Positions 40,904 to 51,640 of a stretch of DNA of 64,000 nt are shown here, one piece after another. Under the pieces are notes generated by a model that saw nothing but the letters and a program-made list of their open reading frames with translations, was not told the origin of the DNA and ran no database searches. The translations under genes were made by a program, and so were the position numbers. The stretch is from Patescibacteria group bacterium. GTDB lineage: Bacteria > Patescibacteriota > UBA1384 > JBAYJO01. The stretch is from positions 20,004 through 84,003 of the forward strand of contig JBAYJO010000004.1 of NCBI GenBank assembly GCA_041665085.1, in the 5' to 3' direction. Positions within the stretch are counted from its first letter, which is position 1; each line of letters begins with the position of its first letter.

Positions 40904-41104
40904 AACTAAGAATAACAAATCAAAACAAAAAAGTCAATAGCAGTGGATAAAAATCAGATTGGTTGATTTTTGGTTGAAAAGTAGATTTGAATAGTAAATA
41001 ACTCAAAAAAACTCTTGTTTTGCATATGGTATAGGAGTAGAATTTGGGTAGTTAAATATATATAAAATGTTTATATTTAATATATTTTAAAATAAGGACT
41101 AAAT

Positions 41105-41377
41105 ATGGCAGAAATACATAAAAAAGTTTGGTGCGAATATTTTGAGAAAATAATCTCCGGAGAAAAAAAGCTGGAGCTTCGTCTAGCAGATTTTGAAGTA
41201 AACAAAGGAGATATCCTTGTCTTGGAAGAGTGGGACAAAGACACGAAGTCTTACACTGGGAGAAAAGTGGAAGCTACTGCAAATTATATTCTAAAGACAA
41301 AAGATGTTAATTTCTGGCCAAAAGAAGAAATCGAAAAATATGGTTATCAAATTATCCAATTTGAAATTAAGGACTAA
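41105..41377 (+). CDS. ASCH/DUF3850-like (PUA-fold) protein
   Basis: [34 protein letters not shown]...YTGR. Confidence 0.8.
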   Translation: MAEIHKKVWCEYFEKIISGEKKLELRLADFEVNKGDILVLEEWDKDTKSYTGRKVEATANYILKTKDVNFWPKEEIEKYGYQIIQFEIKD

Positions 41378-41379
41378 AT

Positions 41380-42933
41380 ATGGCAAAAAATAATAGTGCT
41401 AATGTGGGATTTGAAGAAAAACTTTGGGCGGCGGCTGATAAAATGCGCGGATCAATGGATCCGGCAGAATATAAGCACGTTGTTCTCGGACTTATTTTCT
41501 TGAAATATATTTCCGATTCATTTGAAAAGCGTCGACAAGATGTGATTAAGGAAGATGGGGAAGAATTTGTTGATGATCACGACGAATATACAATGAAAAA
41601 TGTTTTTTGGGTACCTATGATCGCACGCTGGTCAAATATTCGTGACAATGCCAAAAAATCAGAGATCGGTAAGCTGATCGACGATGCTATGTATGCCATT
41701 GAAAAAGAAAACTCTGACCTCAAAGGTGTACTTCCAAAAGACTATGCTCGCCCCGCGCTAGACAAACAACGATTGGGTGGTGTTATAGACATCATTTCCC
41801 AAGTTGACCTTCTTGAAAGTAATGGCAAAGATGTTCTCGGTCGAATTTATGAATATTTTCTTGGCCGATTTGCCGGCAGTGAAGGTAAGGGCGGTGGTGA
41901 ATTCTACACTCCACAATGCATTGTTAAACTACTCGTTGAAATGATTGAACCATACAGCGGCCGCGTTTATGATCCATGTTGTGGTAGCGGAGGCATGTTT
42001 ATTCAGTCAGAAATGTTCAACCGTAATCACGATGGCAAAAAAGATGACATGATTGTCTATGGTCAGGAATCAAATCATACCACATGGCGACTTTGTAAAA
42101 TGAATCTAGCCCTTCGTCACATTGACAGCTCAAATATAAAAAACGGTAACAGTTTCCACAATGATTCCCACCCGGATCTAAAAGCTGATTTTGTTTTAGC
42201 AAATCCACCTTTTAATGATAGTGACTGGGATGGCCAGCTTCTGCGAAACGATGTTCGCTGGAAATACGGCTTACCCCCAACTGGCAGTGCTAACTATGCT
42301 TGGATCCAGCACTTCATTTATCATCTCGCACCAACTGGCATCGCAGGTTTTGTAATGGCCAACGGCGCCATGTCATCTAATAGTTCCGGTGAAGGTGAAA
42401 TTCGCGCCAACCTAATTAAAGCGGGGCTTGTCGACTGTATTGTCGCCATGCCGGACAAATTGTTCTATTCGACTGGAATTCCATGTTCACTATGGTTTGT
42501 TTCGCGTGACAGATACGATCATAAATTTCGCAACCGTCATGACGAAATCCTCTTTATTGATGCTCGCAAAATGGGCACAATGGTTGACCGCCGCCATCGT
42601 GAGCTGACCGATGAAGATGTTAGAACTATCTCCGAGACATATCATAACTGGCGAAACCTTTCCCCCTCTGTCATCCCGAGCGAAGCCGAGGGATCCTTTA
42701 AATACGAAGACAAAAAAGGCTTCTGTAAGGCTGCCAAAATCGAAGAAGTTGAGAAAAATGGCTATGTCTTAACTCCCGGGCGTTATGTCGGCACAGAACT
42801 TGTCGAAGAGGATGACGAAGTTTTTGAAGAAAAAATGCAGCGGCTCACCGCGGAACTAAACCAGCAATTCGTCCAGTCCAAAGAATTAGAGGAAAAAATT
42901 AAAGAAAACCTTAAAAAAGTTATTGAAAATTAG
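41380..42933 (+). CDS. hsdM: Type I R-M methyltransferase subunit M
   Basis: [28 protein letters not shown]. Confidence 0.96.
   Translation: MAKNNSANVGFEEKLWAAADKMRGSMDPAEYKHVVLGLIFLKYISDSFEKRRQDVIKEDGEEFVDDHDEYTMKNVFWVPMIARWSNIRDNAKKSEIGKLIDDAMYAIEKENSDLKGVLPKDYARPALDKQRLGGVIDIISQVDLLESNGKDVLGRIYEYFLGRFAGSEGKGGGEFYTPQCIVKLLVEMIEPYSGRVYDPCCGSGGMFIQSEMFNRNHDGKKDDMIVYGQESNHTTWRLCKMNLALRHIDSSNIKNGNSFHNDSHPDLKADFVLANPPFNDSDWDGQLLRNDVRWKYGLPPTGSANYAWIQHFIYHLAPTGIAGFVMANGAMSSNSSGEGEIRANLIKAGLVDCIVAMPDKLFYSTGIPCSLWFVSRDRYDHKFRNRHDEILFIDARKMGTMVDRRHRELTDEDVRTISETYHNWRNLSPSVIPSEAEGSFKYEDKKGFCKAAKIEEVEKNGYVLTPGRYVGTELVEEDDEVFEEKMQRLTAELNQQFVQSKELEEKIKENLKKVIEN
42669..42696. repeat. Palindromic element inserted in frame in hsdM (VIPSEAEGS)
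   Basis: TGTCATCCCGAGCGAAGCCGAGGGATCC. Confidence 0.75.
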
Positions 42934-42975
42934 ATTATTTATATTATCAATTTAGCCTGTATTTGATAATAAGTC

Positions 42976-43004
42976 TTGACATATTTGCAAATGTCAAATA
43001 TAAT
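42976..43004 (+). promoter_or_regulatory. Consensus promoter of fic overlapped by a palindromic operator
   Basis: TTGACA-17-TATAAT; TTGACAT-ATTTGCAA-ATGTCAA inverted repeat. Confidence 0.75.
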
Positions 43005-43033
43005 GGATATACTATTAACAGGAGTTTGCAAAA

Positions 43034-44164
43034 ATGAATAAAGAATATTCAGCAGGTCAATACATACAACAAAATGAATACAAGAGCTTTAGACCATCTT
43101 TAATAAATGGTGATTTTTCATGGAAAGAGAAAAAAATTAATGTTCTCCTAGAAGAAGCTACTAGGTTTCTTGGAGAGCTAAATGCATATTCCAAATTAAT
43201 ACCTGATGTAAATTTTTTCATAAAAATGAATGTGGCCAAGGAAGCCATTACATCCAGCCGCATTGAAGGAACAAAAACCCAAATTGACGAGGCATTATTG
43301 CCTCAAGAAGAAATTGACCCAGAAAAAAGAGATGATTGGGCTGAAGTTCAAAACTATATAAAAGCTATGAATTTCTCTATAGAGGAGCTAAAAAAAATTC
43401 CTCTATCAACAAGACTCATGAAAGAAGCACACAAAATTCTTCTTTCTGGAGTCAGGGGTAAATATAAAACACCCGGAGAATTAAGAACATCACAAAACTG
43501 GATTGGAGGATCCAATTTGAGTGATGCCTTTTTTGTTCCGCCTCACCATACAGAACTTCCAGATCTTTTAACTGACTTGGAGAAATTTTGGCATAATCGT
43601 GAATTAGAAATTCCTCAACTGATTAAAATTGCTATCAGCCATTATCAGTTTGAAACAATCCATCCATTTTTAGACGGTAACGGTAGAATCGGAAGATTAT
43701 TAATCACATTGCAACTGGTTGAACTAGGGTTTTTAGATAAACCCACTCTTTACCTTTCTGACTTTTTTGAAAAAAACAGAACATCCTACTACGACTCACT
43801 TTCAATGGTGAGGCAGACAAACGACATAGAACAATGGATCAAGTTTTTTCTCAATGGAATCATTCATACTTCAAAAAATGGAAAAGAAACTTTTGAAAAA
43901 ATCGTTACACTTCGTCAAAGCTATGAGAGTAAAATCATGAGATTAGGATCCAGAGCTAAAACCGGCCAAGAGTTAATGCTGGCATTATTTTCTAATCCCA
44001 TCATGAATTTAAATCAAATATCGGAAAAATTAGATATTTCTTATGCTACCGCAAACCGGCTGATATCTGATTTTGAAAAATTCAACATTGTCAGAGAAAT
44101 GACCGGTTTTTCAAGGAATAGATTATTTGTAATGGATGAGTATTTGAATTTATTTAAGAGGTAG
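43034..44164 (+). CDS. Fic-family protein with N-terminal Fic_N region and C-terminal HTH
   Basis: [12 protein letters not shown]; SSRIEG inhibitory-helix motif; C-terminal [16 protein letters not shown]. Confidence 0.92.
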   Translation: MNKEYSAGQYIQQNEYKSFRPSLINGDFSWKEKKINVLLEEATRFLGELNAYSKLIPDVNFFIKMNVAKEAITSSRIEGTKTQIDEALLPQEEIDPEKRDDWAEVQNYIKAMNFSIEELKKIPLSTRLMKEAHKILLSGVRGKYKTPGELRTSQNWIGGSNLSDAFFVPPHHTELPDLLTDLEKFWHNRELEIPQLIKIAISHYQFETIHPFLDGNGRIGRLLITLQLVELGFLDKPTLYLSDFFEKNRTSYYDSLSMVRQTNDIEQWIKFFLNGIIHTSKNGKETFEKIVTLRQSYESKIMRLGSRAKTGQELMLALFSNPIMNLNQISEKLDISYATANRLISDFEKFNIVREMTGFSRNRLFVMDEYLNLFKR

Positions 44165-44184
44165 AAACCAAAAGTAGGAAATCG

Positions 44185-44982
44185 ATGCAAAATGAGGAAA
44201 AACTAAACACAACTAATAATATTTCGGCCCCCATCGGCTTAGATTACTTTAGTGGGGTGAGTTTGTATTTACAGTTGTTTGTGAATTCCCAACACTTAGG
44301 CCAAGCAACCGGATTTGTTATCGAAAACAATAATAAAAAATATCTTATTGCTAATTGGCATGTAGTATCAGGTAGAGATACAATTACAGGTAAGCCGTTA
44401 TCAAAAACCGGTGGTCTTCCAGACAAAATAAATATTGCACACCACTCTAGTAGTGACTTTGGCACATGGTGGTTTATAAACGAGCCATTATATGATGGAG
44501 AAAAGCAGCTTTGGCTAGAGCATCCTAAGAGTACAGAATCGAACAGGATAGATGTTGTTGTGCTGCCTCTCACAAGGACAGAAGAGAAACTTGCTTTCGT
44601 CCCCCTAAACCTAAATCTCGCTAAATCAGATATGGTGGCACATCCTGCTCAAACAGTTTCAATTATTGGGTATCCGCTCGGCTTAAGCGCTGATGATAAA
44701 GTTCTCATTCCGATATGGAAAACGGGGCATATCGCTTCAGATGTAGAGTTAAATGAGAATTTCTTCCTAATTGACGCGACAACGAAAAGTGGAATGTCGG
44801 GTTCTCCAGTAATTATGCGTTCTTCAGGGGGATTTCAGACAAAAAATGGCTCCTGGATAATGGCAATGGCAGGGATGAGAGAGTTATTTCTGGGTGTATA
44901 TTCCGGAAGAATCCACGAACTTTCAGAAATAGGGAAAGTTTGGAAACCCAAACTGATCGAGGAAATATTAAATGCAAGATAA
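44185..44982 (+). CDS. Trypsin-like serine protease (no signal peptide)
   Basis: ATGF, ANWHVV (His), DVVVL (Asp), IGYP, GMSGSPV (Ser). Confidence 0.88.
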   Translation: MQNEEKLNTTNNISAPIGLDYFSGVSLYLQLFVNSQHLGQATGFVIENNNKKYLIANWHVVSGRDTITGKPLSKTGGLPDKINIAHHSSSDFGTWWFINEPLYDGEKQLWLEHPKSTESNRIDVVVLPLTRTEEKLAFVPLNLNLAKSDMVAHPAQTVSIIGYPLGLSADDKVLIPIWKTGHIASDVELNENFFLIDATTKSGMSGSPVIMRSSGGFQTKNGSWIMAMAGMRELFLGVYSGRIHELSEIGKVWKPKLIEEILNAR

Positions 44983-46123
44983 CCAGACAAAATTTAAAGA
45001 AACTGAAGTTGGACTGATCCCGGAGGGTTGGGGGGTTTTGAAATTCGGGGATGTATCAAATTTTCGTTACGGAAAGATGCCAGAAAAAAACAAAATTACT
45101 TCAACAGGCTATCCGATATACTCTGGTTACAGAGTGGTCGGGAATTATTCTGAATGTATGTGTACCCAACCCAAGCTGATTATCGTGGCAAGAGGTGTTG
45201 GCGGCACAGGCGATGTAAAAATTTCACCACCAAATTGTTGGGTAACAAACTTGAGTATAATTGCTGATCTAGATGAAAAAATAATAAATAAACAATTTCT
45301 AAAATATTATTTTCACAGGGGTTTAAAAAGATTTGATAGTGGATCCGCTCAATCGCAGATCACAATAGGCGACTTAAATAATATCGAGTTAACATTGCCA
45401 CCCATCGAAGAGCAGCGAAAGATTGCGGAGGTTTTGGGGGCGCTGGATGATAAAATTGAATTGAATCGGAAAATGAATAAAACCCTCGAATCCATCGGCC
45501 AAGCCATTTTCAAACATACCTTTCGTCATTCTGAGCAAACCGAAGAATCTCTTAAACCGTTATCGGAATTCGGTCAAATCGTTTGTGGTAAAACTCCTTC
45601 GAAAGCCAAGTCGGAATATTTTGGCGGAGAAATACCCTTCATTAAAATTCCTGATATGCACGGACAAACTTTCATTCTAAAAACCGAGGATTCGTTAACC
45701 GAAGAGGGAAAAAATAGTCAGCCGAATAAAACAATCCCCACTGGTTCGATTTGTGTAAGTTGTATTGCTACGGTTGGACTAGTCTCAATCACTGAAAAGA
45801 ATTCACAAACAAATCAGCAGATAAATTCGATCGCTCCCTTTAAAAAAGAACTTACTTATTATTTGTATTTTTCTTTGAAGGAAATCGAGCAAGACATTAA
45901 AGATATGGCGAGTGGCGGCTCGGCGACACTAAATTTGAACACTGGTCATTTTTCAAATATTAAAATTGTTATGCCGGAGGATGAAGACTTGCATCGATTT
46001 GATAAAAAAATAAAACCACTCTTCGACCAAATTTTAAATAACATGAAACAAATCGAAACTTTATCGAAAATCCGCGATTCCCTATTACCAAGATTAATGA
46101 ATGGAAAGTTGAGATTGGGATGA
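44972..46123 (+). CDS. hsdS: Type I R-M specificity subunit S
   Basis: IPEGW, LPPIEEQRKIAEVLGALDDKIELN, GKTPSK, RDSLLPRLM; two TRDs. Confidence 0.94.
   Translation: MQDNQTKFKETEVGLIPEGWGVLKFGDVSNFRYGKMPEKNKITSTGYPIYSGYRVVGNYSECMCTQPKLIIVARGVGGTGDVKISPPNCWVTNLSIIADLDEKIINKQFLKYYFHRGLKRFDSGSAQSQITIGDLNNIELTLPPIEEQRKIAEVLGALDDKIELNRKMNKTLESIGQAIFKHTFRHSEQTEESLKPLSEFGQIVCGKTPSKAKSEYFGGEIPFIKIPDMHGQTFILKTEDSLTEEGKNSQPNKTIPTGSICVSCIATVGLVSITEKNSQTNQQINSIAPFKKELTYYLYFSLKEIEQDIKDMASGGSATLNLNTGHFSNIKIVMPEDEDLHRFDKKIKPLFDQILNNMKQIETLSKIRDSLLPRLMNGKLRLG
45524..45550. repeat. Palindromic element in frame in the hsdS inter-TRD region (RHSEQTEES)
   Basis: CGTCATTCTGAGCAAACCGAAGAATCT; same GTCAT-stem-ATC architecture as the pheT and hsdM copies. 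Confidence 0.65.
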
Positions 46124-46947
46124 AAAACCATGAAAAAGTTTTAGCTTTAACTCATAAAATCGTAATCACCGATGAATTCGAAAACAGAGTTAAGAAAGAA
46201 ATTATTGAACCAGTATTAGATCAGATGACTTTTACAGCGTTAAATTTTCAAAAATCAGATCCTAATAGCAAACTATCGATTGCTGAAAAATTTTTTCTTG
46301 ATGTAGACAAAGTTGTTTTTAGATTGTTGCAGTGCCATAAACACCAAAAGAATTATGACATTATAGAATCAGAAAGGATTAAGGAGCTGAACGCTGACAT
46401 ACAAAAAACAACAAAGTTTATTGATGAGTGTTGGAGGCCGCTCGAATTAAATTGTGAAATTGATGCATTTCTAACTAAGTGGAAATCGTCACTTGATGCT
46501 TTAGCTAAAACATTAATCCCTCTTTATGGGATAAACTCTAAGACATGGAGCGATAAAGGAAAAAAAATAATTAATCAGTTAAACAATTTATCAGCAGAAA
46601 AAGTTAAAAAAATACAACCATTGATTAACATTATTGAAGAAAATAAGGGTCAGATTGGTTCAATAATTGATCTAAGAGATAAAGTTGTACATTATGATAC
46701 TGAATGTTTAACACCTTTTCACTACAGGCTCAAAGAGAAAAAACTTCATAACCCAAGTTTAATATGGGATGGCAATGTCTATATGCCCCAAGACTTCATG
46801 ACACAAGCATCTGAGTATTTACTAGATTTCACGAGGGAGTTTATCGTTAAATCTATAAATGGTTTTGTTGAGGCTTTGTATATTGTCGTCACAACCGACG
46901 GTCACCAATGGTTTATGCCACCAGATAAGATCAAGGAGTCGAAATGA
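46120..46947 (+). CDS. Putative HEPN-like protein between hsdS and hsdR
   Basis: Helical protein with RDKVVH (RxxxxH); ATGA overlaps with both neighbours. Confidence 0.65.
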   Translation: MKNHEKVLALTHKIVITDEFENRVKKEIIEPVLDQMTFTALNFQKSDPNSKLSIAEKFFLDVDKVVFRLLQCHKHQKNYDIIESERIKELNADIQKTTKFIDECWRPLELNCEIDAFLTKWKSSLDALAKTLIPLYGINSKTWSDKGKKIINQLNNLSAEKVKKIQPLINIIEENKGQIGSIIDLRDKVVHYDTECLTPFHYRLKEKKLHNPSLIWDGNVYMPQDFMTQASEYLLDFTREFIVKSINGFVEALYIVVTTDGHQWFMPPDKIKESK

Positions 46948-49900
46948 AATACACTGAATCGTCATTAGAAGAAGCGACTAGGGAATGGTTTGAGGAACTT
47001 GGCTATCAAGTCATTTATGGGCCGGATATTGAGCCGGAAAGTGAAAAACCGGAGCGAAAGGATTTTTCACAAGTGGTTTTGGAAGGAAGGCTCCGATCTG
47101 CAATCGAAAGAATAAATTCTGATATTCCGGCTGATGCTCTGGATGAAGCTTTTAAAAAAGTTGTAAATGTAACTCATACCACATCGCTTTTGGTGTCGAA
47201 TAATCAGATATTCCATAAATATTTAGTTGGCGGTGTTGATGTTGAATATCAAAGAAAAGACGGCTCTATTGCAGGCGATAAAGTTTGGCTCGTTGATCGA
47301 AAAAATATTGAGAATAATGATTGGGTTTGGCTTAATCAGTTTACAATTGTAGAAAATAGTAATCGTCGACCGGATGTCGTTATTTTTGTGAACGGTTTGC
47401 CACTGGCCGTTTTTGAACTAAAGAATTTAGCAGATGAAAATGTTGGTATTAAAGAAGCATTTAATCAGATTCAAACCTATAAACAAGATATTCCATCACT
47501 ATTTGCTTACAATGAACTAGCAATTATTTCCGATGGCCCGGAGGCAAAAATCGGATCCATTACTTCTGACACAGATCGCTTTATGCGCTGGAGAAGTGTT
47601 GATGGGGCAGAATTAGCATCTGACGTAATTCCTCAACTTGAAGTATTGATTAAAGGGGTTTTTGATAAAGAGCGATTGCTTGATTTGATTTGCAATTTTA
47701 GTGTTTTTAACACGATCAAGAAAGATTCGGAAGAAAAAATTATTAAAATCATCCCGGCCTATCATCAATATTTTGCAACAAATAAAGCCTTAGAAAGCAC
47801 ATTGGCGGCTACTTCTGAAAATGGTGACAGGCGCGCCGGAGTGGTGTGGCATACTCAAGGAAGTGGCAAGAGTTTGACGATGGCTTTTTTTGCCGGCAAG
47901 TTAATTGATCGACTGAATAATCCGACTATCGTCGTTTTGACAGATAGGAATGATTTGGATGATCAGCTTTTTGATACATTTTCAAAATGTAAAGATTTAT
48001 TGAAACAAAAACCGGTCCAAGCAGCCAATCGTAAACATTTACGCGAGCTTTTGAAAGTTGCGAGTGGCGGAGTAGTATTTACAACAATTCAGAAATTTTT
48101 GCAAAAAGGATTTCTGGACAAAATGCTTTTAACTGGTCGGCGCAATGTGGTGGTGATTGCCGATGAAGCGCACAGAAGCCAATATGATTTTATAGATGGC
48201 TTTGCCAGAAGCATGCATGAAGCATTGCCGAATGCGTCATTTATTGGTTTTACCGGAACCCCGCTTTCTTCTGCTGACAAAGACACCGAGCGAGTTTTTG
48301 GCAAATATGTTGATGTTTATGACATTACTCAAGCAGTGGCCGACAAAGCGACGGTGCCGATTTATTATGAAGCCAGATTGGCGAAAATTAATTTGCTTGA
48401 ATCAGAAAAACCAAAAATCGATGCAGATTTTAATGATATTACAGAAGATGAAGAACCAGAAATGGTTGAGAAGTTAAAAAGCAAATGGGCGCGGCTTGAG
48501 GCGATGGTTGGAAGCGACAAAAGAATTAAGCAAATCGCCAAAGATGTGGTAGAGCATTTTGGAAATAGGCAAAATGTAATGAATGGCAAGGGCATGATCG
48601 TGGTAATGAGTCGAAGAATCGCCACTGATTTGTATGATGAAATTATTAAATTAAAACCGGAGTGGCACCAAGACTCAAATGAAAAAGGATTTTTGAAAGT
48701 TGTGATGACCGGTTCGGCCTCTGATCCTTTAAATTTTCAAAGGCATATTCGTAACAAAGAAGAACTACACAAAATGGCAGATCGAATGAAAGATCCAGAA
48801 AACGAATTACAGCTCGTGATTGTGCGTGATATGTGGCTGACTGGTTTTGATGTGCCGAGTTTGCATACGATGTATATTGATAAGCCAATGAAAGGTCATG
48901 GTCTAATGCAGGCGATCGCTAGAGTTAATAGAGTTTATAGAGATAAACCAGGTGGTCTGATTGTTGATTATTTGGGTATTGCACCACAATTGAAAGAAGC
49001 ATTGGCGGATTATTCTCAAAAAGATCAGGGGAACACTGCCATTGATCAGGAAGCAGCGGTTTCTGTGATGCTAGAGAAATTTGAAGTGATGCAGGGAATG
49101 TTTCATGATTTTAATTATGTAAAGTATTTCAAAATGAGCGCTTCACAGAAAACAAGCTTTTTTGGTGATGCAATGGAATTTGTTTTGACGCTTGATCCAG
49201 TTGACGATGAAGCGAAGAAAAGATTTGTCAAAGCAGTGACAGAATTATCTAAAGCATTTGCTCTGGCTGTACCGCATGAAAAAGCACTTGCGATTAAAGA
49301 TCATGTCGGATTTTTCCAAGCACTGCGGGCGCATGTAAAGAAATTATCACCTGTAAATGGTCCAACTGAAGAAGATTATGACATGGCAATTAAACAGATC
49401 GTTTCTGATTCGATCGCTTCGGGTGAGATTATTGATGTATTTACTGCAGCCGGGCTAGATAAGCCGATGGTTTCAATTTTGTCCGATGAGTTTTTGGAGG
49501 AAGTGAGAGGACTTGGCAGACAAAATGTTGCTTTGGAAATATTAAAAAAATTATTGAATGACGAGATTAAATCTTTTATGCGAAAAAATGTTGTAAAGGG
49601 GCGATCGTTTTCAGACATGCTAGAAAAAACGATTAAGGCTTATCAAAATCGAACCATTGAAGCAGCACAAGTTATTTCTGAACTGATCAAATTAGCAAAA
49701 GAACTCCGGGGAGAAGTTGAAAGAGGAGCGGAAACTGGACTGTCAGATGACGAGATCGCTTTTTATGATGCTCTAGCCGATAATGAGAGCGCAAAATTGG
49801 AGCTTGGCGATGAAACATTGAAAAAGATCTCTCGGGAATTGGTTCAGATGATGCGGGAGAACACGACAATTGATTGGACTTTACGAGACAGTGTAAAAGC

Positions 49901-50030
49901 CAAGATGAGAATATTTATTAAAAAATTATTGAAAAAATATGACTATCCGCCAGACAAACAAGAAGGCGCGACGCAGTTGGTATTATTACAGGCAGAAACC
50001 GTTTGTAAGGATTGGGTAGGAAAGGAATAA
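46944..50030 (+). CDS. hsdR: Type I R-M restriction subunit R
   Basis: [56 protein letters not shown]. Confidence 0.97.
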   Translation: MKYTESSLEEATREWFEELGYQVIYGPDIEPESEKPERKDFSQVVLEGRLRSAIERINSDIPADALDEAFKKVVNVTHTTSLLVSNNQIFHKYLVGGVDVEYQRKDGSIAGDKVWLVDRKNIENNDWVWLNQFTIVENSNRRPDVVIFVNGLPLAVFELKNLADENVGIKEAFNQIQTYKQDIPSLFAYNELAIISDGPEAKIGSITSDTDRFMRWRSVDGAELASDVIPQLEVLIKGVFDKERLLDLICNFSVFNTIKKDSEEKIIKIIPAYHQYFATNKALESTLAATSENGDRRAGVVWHTQGSGKSLTMAFFAGKLIDRLNNPTIVVLTDRNDLDDQLFDTFSKCKDLLKQKPVQAANRKHLRELLKVASGGVVFTTIQKFLQKGFLDKMLLTGRRNVVVIADEAHRSQYDFIDGFARSMHEALPNASFIGFTGTPLSSADKDTERVFGKYVDVYDITQAVADKATVPIYYEARLAKINLLESEKPKIDADFNDITEDEEPEMVEKLKSKWARLEAMVGSDKRIKQIAKDVVEHFGNRQNVMNGKGMIVVMSRRIATDLYDEIIKLKPEWHQDSNEKGFLKVVMTGSASDPLNFQRHIRNKEELHKMADRMKDPENELQLVIVRDMWLTGFDVPSLHTMYIDKPMKGHGLMQAIARVNRVYRDKPGGLIVDYLGIAPQLKEALADYSQKDQGNTAIDQEAAVSVMLEKFEVMQGMFHDFNYVKYFKMSASQKTSFFGDAMEFVLTLDPVDDEAKKRFVKAVTELSKAFALAVPHEKALAIKDHVGFFQALRAHVKKLSPVNGPTEEDYDMAIKQIVSDSIASGEIIDVFTAAGLDKPMVSILSDEFLEEVRGLGRQNVALEILKKLLNDEIKSFMRKNVVKGRSFSDMLEKTIKAYQNRTIEAAQVISELIKLAKELRGEVERGAETGLSDDEIAFYDALADNESAKLELGDETLKKISRELVQMMRENTTIDWTLRDSVKAKMRIFIKKLLKKYDYPPDKQEGATQLVLLQAETVCKDWVGKE

Positions 50031-50031
50031 C

Positions 50032-50790
50032 ATGTCCGAATATTACAAAGCAAATCGAACAAGAAATATATTTGATCCGAAAACTCAAGAAGTTTTTAAA
50101 CTAAGTCGGTCGAAATTAGAACTTTTTACCGAATGTCCACGCTGTTTTTATATTGATCGCCGGCTCGGAGTCGGCAGACCTCCCGGATTTCCATTTAACC
50201 TAAATACAGCAGTTGATACCTTGCTCAAAAAGGAATTTAATATTCATCGCGCAAAAGGGGAGACTCATCCGCTGATTGAAAAATATGATGTTGACGCTCG
50301 ACCGGTTCCGCATGAGAGCTTGGACAAATGGCGAGAAAACTTTGTTGGCATTCAGTATTTACACAAACCAACCAATCTAATGATCACCGGTGCAATTGAT
50401 GACCTTTGGATCAATTCAAAGGGTGAATATATAGTCGTAGATTACAAATCAACCAGCAAAGAAGAAGAAATTACAGCGCTCGACAAAGACTGGCACGATG
50501 GATACAAACGCCAGATGGAAATATACCAGTGGCTCCTTAGAAAAAATGGACTAAAAGTATCAAATACCGGTTATTTTGTTTATTGCAACGGACGAACTGA
50601 TCTTGAGGCATTTGACGCGAAACTAGAATTTGATATTACTTTAATTCCATATATTGGCAACGACTCTTGGATTGAAAAAACCATCGCTGATGCACATATC
50701 TGCCTTTGCTCTGATTCTATTCCCGAAGCTAACCCAGAATGTGATTATTGCAATTACATCGAAGCCATTCAAGAAATTAATAAAATATAA
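50032..50790 (+). CDS. PD-(D/E)XK nuclease (AddB/RecB-like) with Cys cluster
   Basis: LSRSKL..CPRCF, GAIDDL..VVDYKS, QMEIY, CDYC. Confidence 0.88.
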   Translation: MSEYYKANRTRNIFDPKTQEVFKLSRSKLELFTECPRCFYIDRRLGVGRPPGFPFNLNTAVDTLLKKEFNIHRAKGETHPLIEKYDVDARPVPHESLDKWRENFVGIQYLHKPTNLMITGAIDDLWINSKGEYIVVDYKSTSKEEEITALDKDWHDGYKRQMEIYQWLLRKNGLKVSNTGYFVYCNGRTDLEAFDAKLEFDITLIPYIGNDSWIEKTIADAHICLCSDSIPEANPECDYCNYIEAIQEINKI

Positions 50791-50866
50791 GCTGTTGCCT
50801 ACCAATAGATTCGTTCACAATTGTTAAAATAATAAAATAAAATAAAATAAAAACAAAGAGTTGCAT

Positions 50867-51640
50867 ATGGAAAATACGGAAAAACCACAAGAAAAAGAAT
50901 ACGATGATTGGAAAGCCCCAGAGGTAAGTGAAAAACCAATTCAACCTTCTATTGCTGGGGAGGAACCAACAGACACCCAATTGGTTATCGAGACAAAAAA
51001 GAAAGAAGAATCGGAGCGAGAAATATCTGAAGCAAGAAGCCAATTGGCACAAATTACCGAATCACAACCAGACAACTACTCATCTGGCACACGACTTGTT
51101 AAAGAAGTGGAGAAGATCTTAGAAGATCCTGATAAATATGTTGGTAGAGGTGCCGAAAAAATAGTACTTGACCATCCTTCTGACCCCGACAAAGTAGTAG
51201 CTAAATTTCATGCCAAACCTGATGTTGAGTACATGAAACAACAATATTATCTCAACAAATTACTTCATATTTTTCTCCCTCATAATATTCCCGACGTGCA
51301 CATGGTAGTAACAGATCCGCCGCTCCTCGTCTCGGATAAAATCAAACCGCCAGAAAAAATTAATCCAGTAAGTGCTTTTCTAAAAAAATCTCTCGGTCGA
51401 ATTTTATTAAAACGTAAGTTAAATAAACTGGATGTGTTCATTGACGGCAATGATTGTAATTTAATTTTTGATCAAAATGGTTCACTTAATTATGTTGACT
51501 CTCCAACAGGAGGATCTAACCTGGACAAATTAAGAAAAGTAGCTGACCAGCGTTTACACGATGAAGATCTTGAGAAAGCGCACCAATACATTGATCGACT
51601 AGAACTGTGGAAAAGAAGAAAACGTGATTTCAAGCTGTGA
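50867..51640 (+). CDS. Atypical protein-kinase-like protein
   Basis: GRGAEKIV (Gly loop), VVAK, DGNDCN (DxxxxN), NYVD; acidic disordered N-terminus. Confidence 0.55.
   Translation: MENTEKPQEKEYDDWKAPEVSEKPIQPSIAGEEPTDTQLVIETKKKEESEREISEARSQLAQITESQPDNYSSGTRLVKEVEKILEDPDKYVGRGAEKIVLDHPSDPDKVVAKFHAKPDVEYMKQQYYLNKLLHIFLPHNIPDVHMVVTDPPLLVSDKIKPPEKINPVSAFLKKSLGRILLKRKLNKLDVFIDGNDCNLIFDQNGSLNYVDSPTGGSNLDKLRKVADQRLHDEDLEKAHQYIDRLELWKRRKRDFKL

Noticed and set aside
40272-40951. Replication origin suggested by DnaA boxes
   Set aside because: Boxes are isolated (2598, 40272, a mismatched one near 40943, 54655), not clustered, and there is no dnaA/dnaN context
50032-50790. Cas4 / CRISPR adaptation gene
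   Set aside because: Cys-containing PD-(D/E)XK fold is shared with AddB-like stand-alone nucleases; no cas1/cas2 or array nearby
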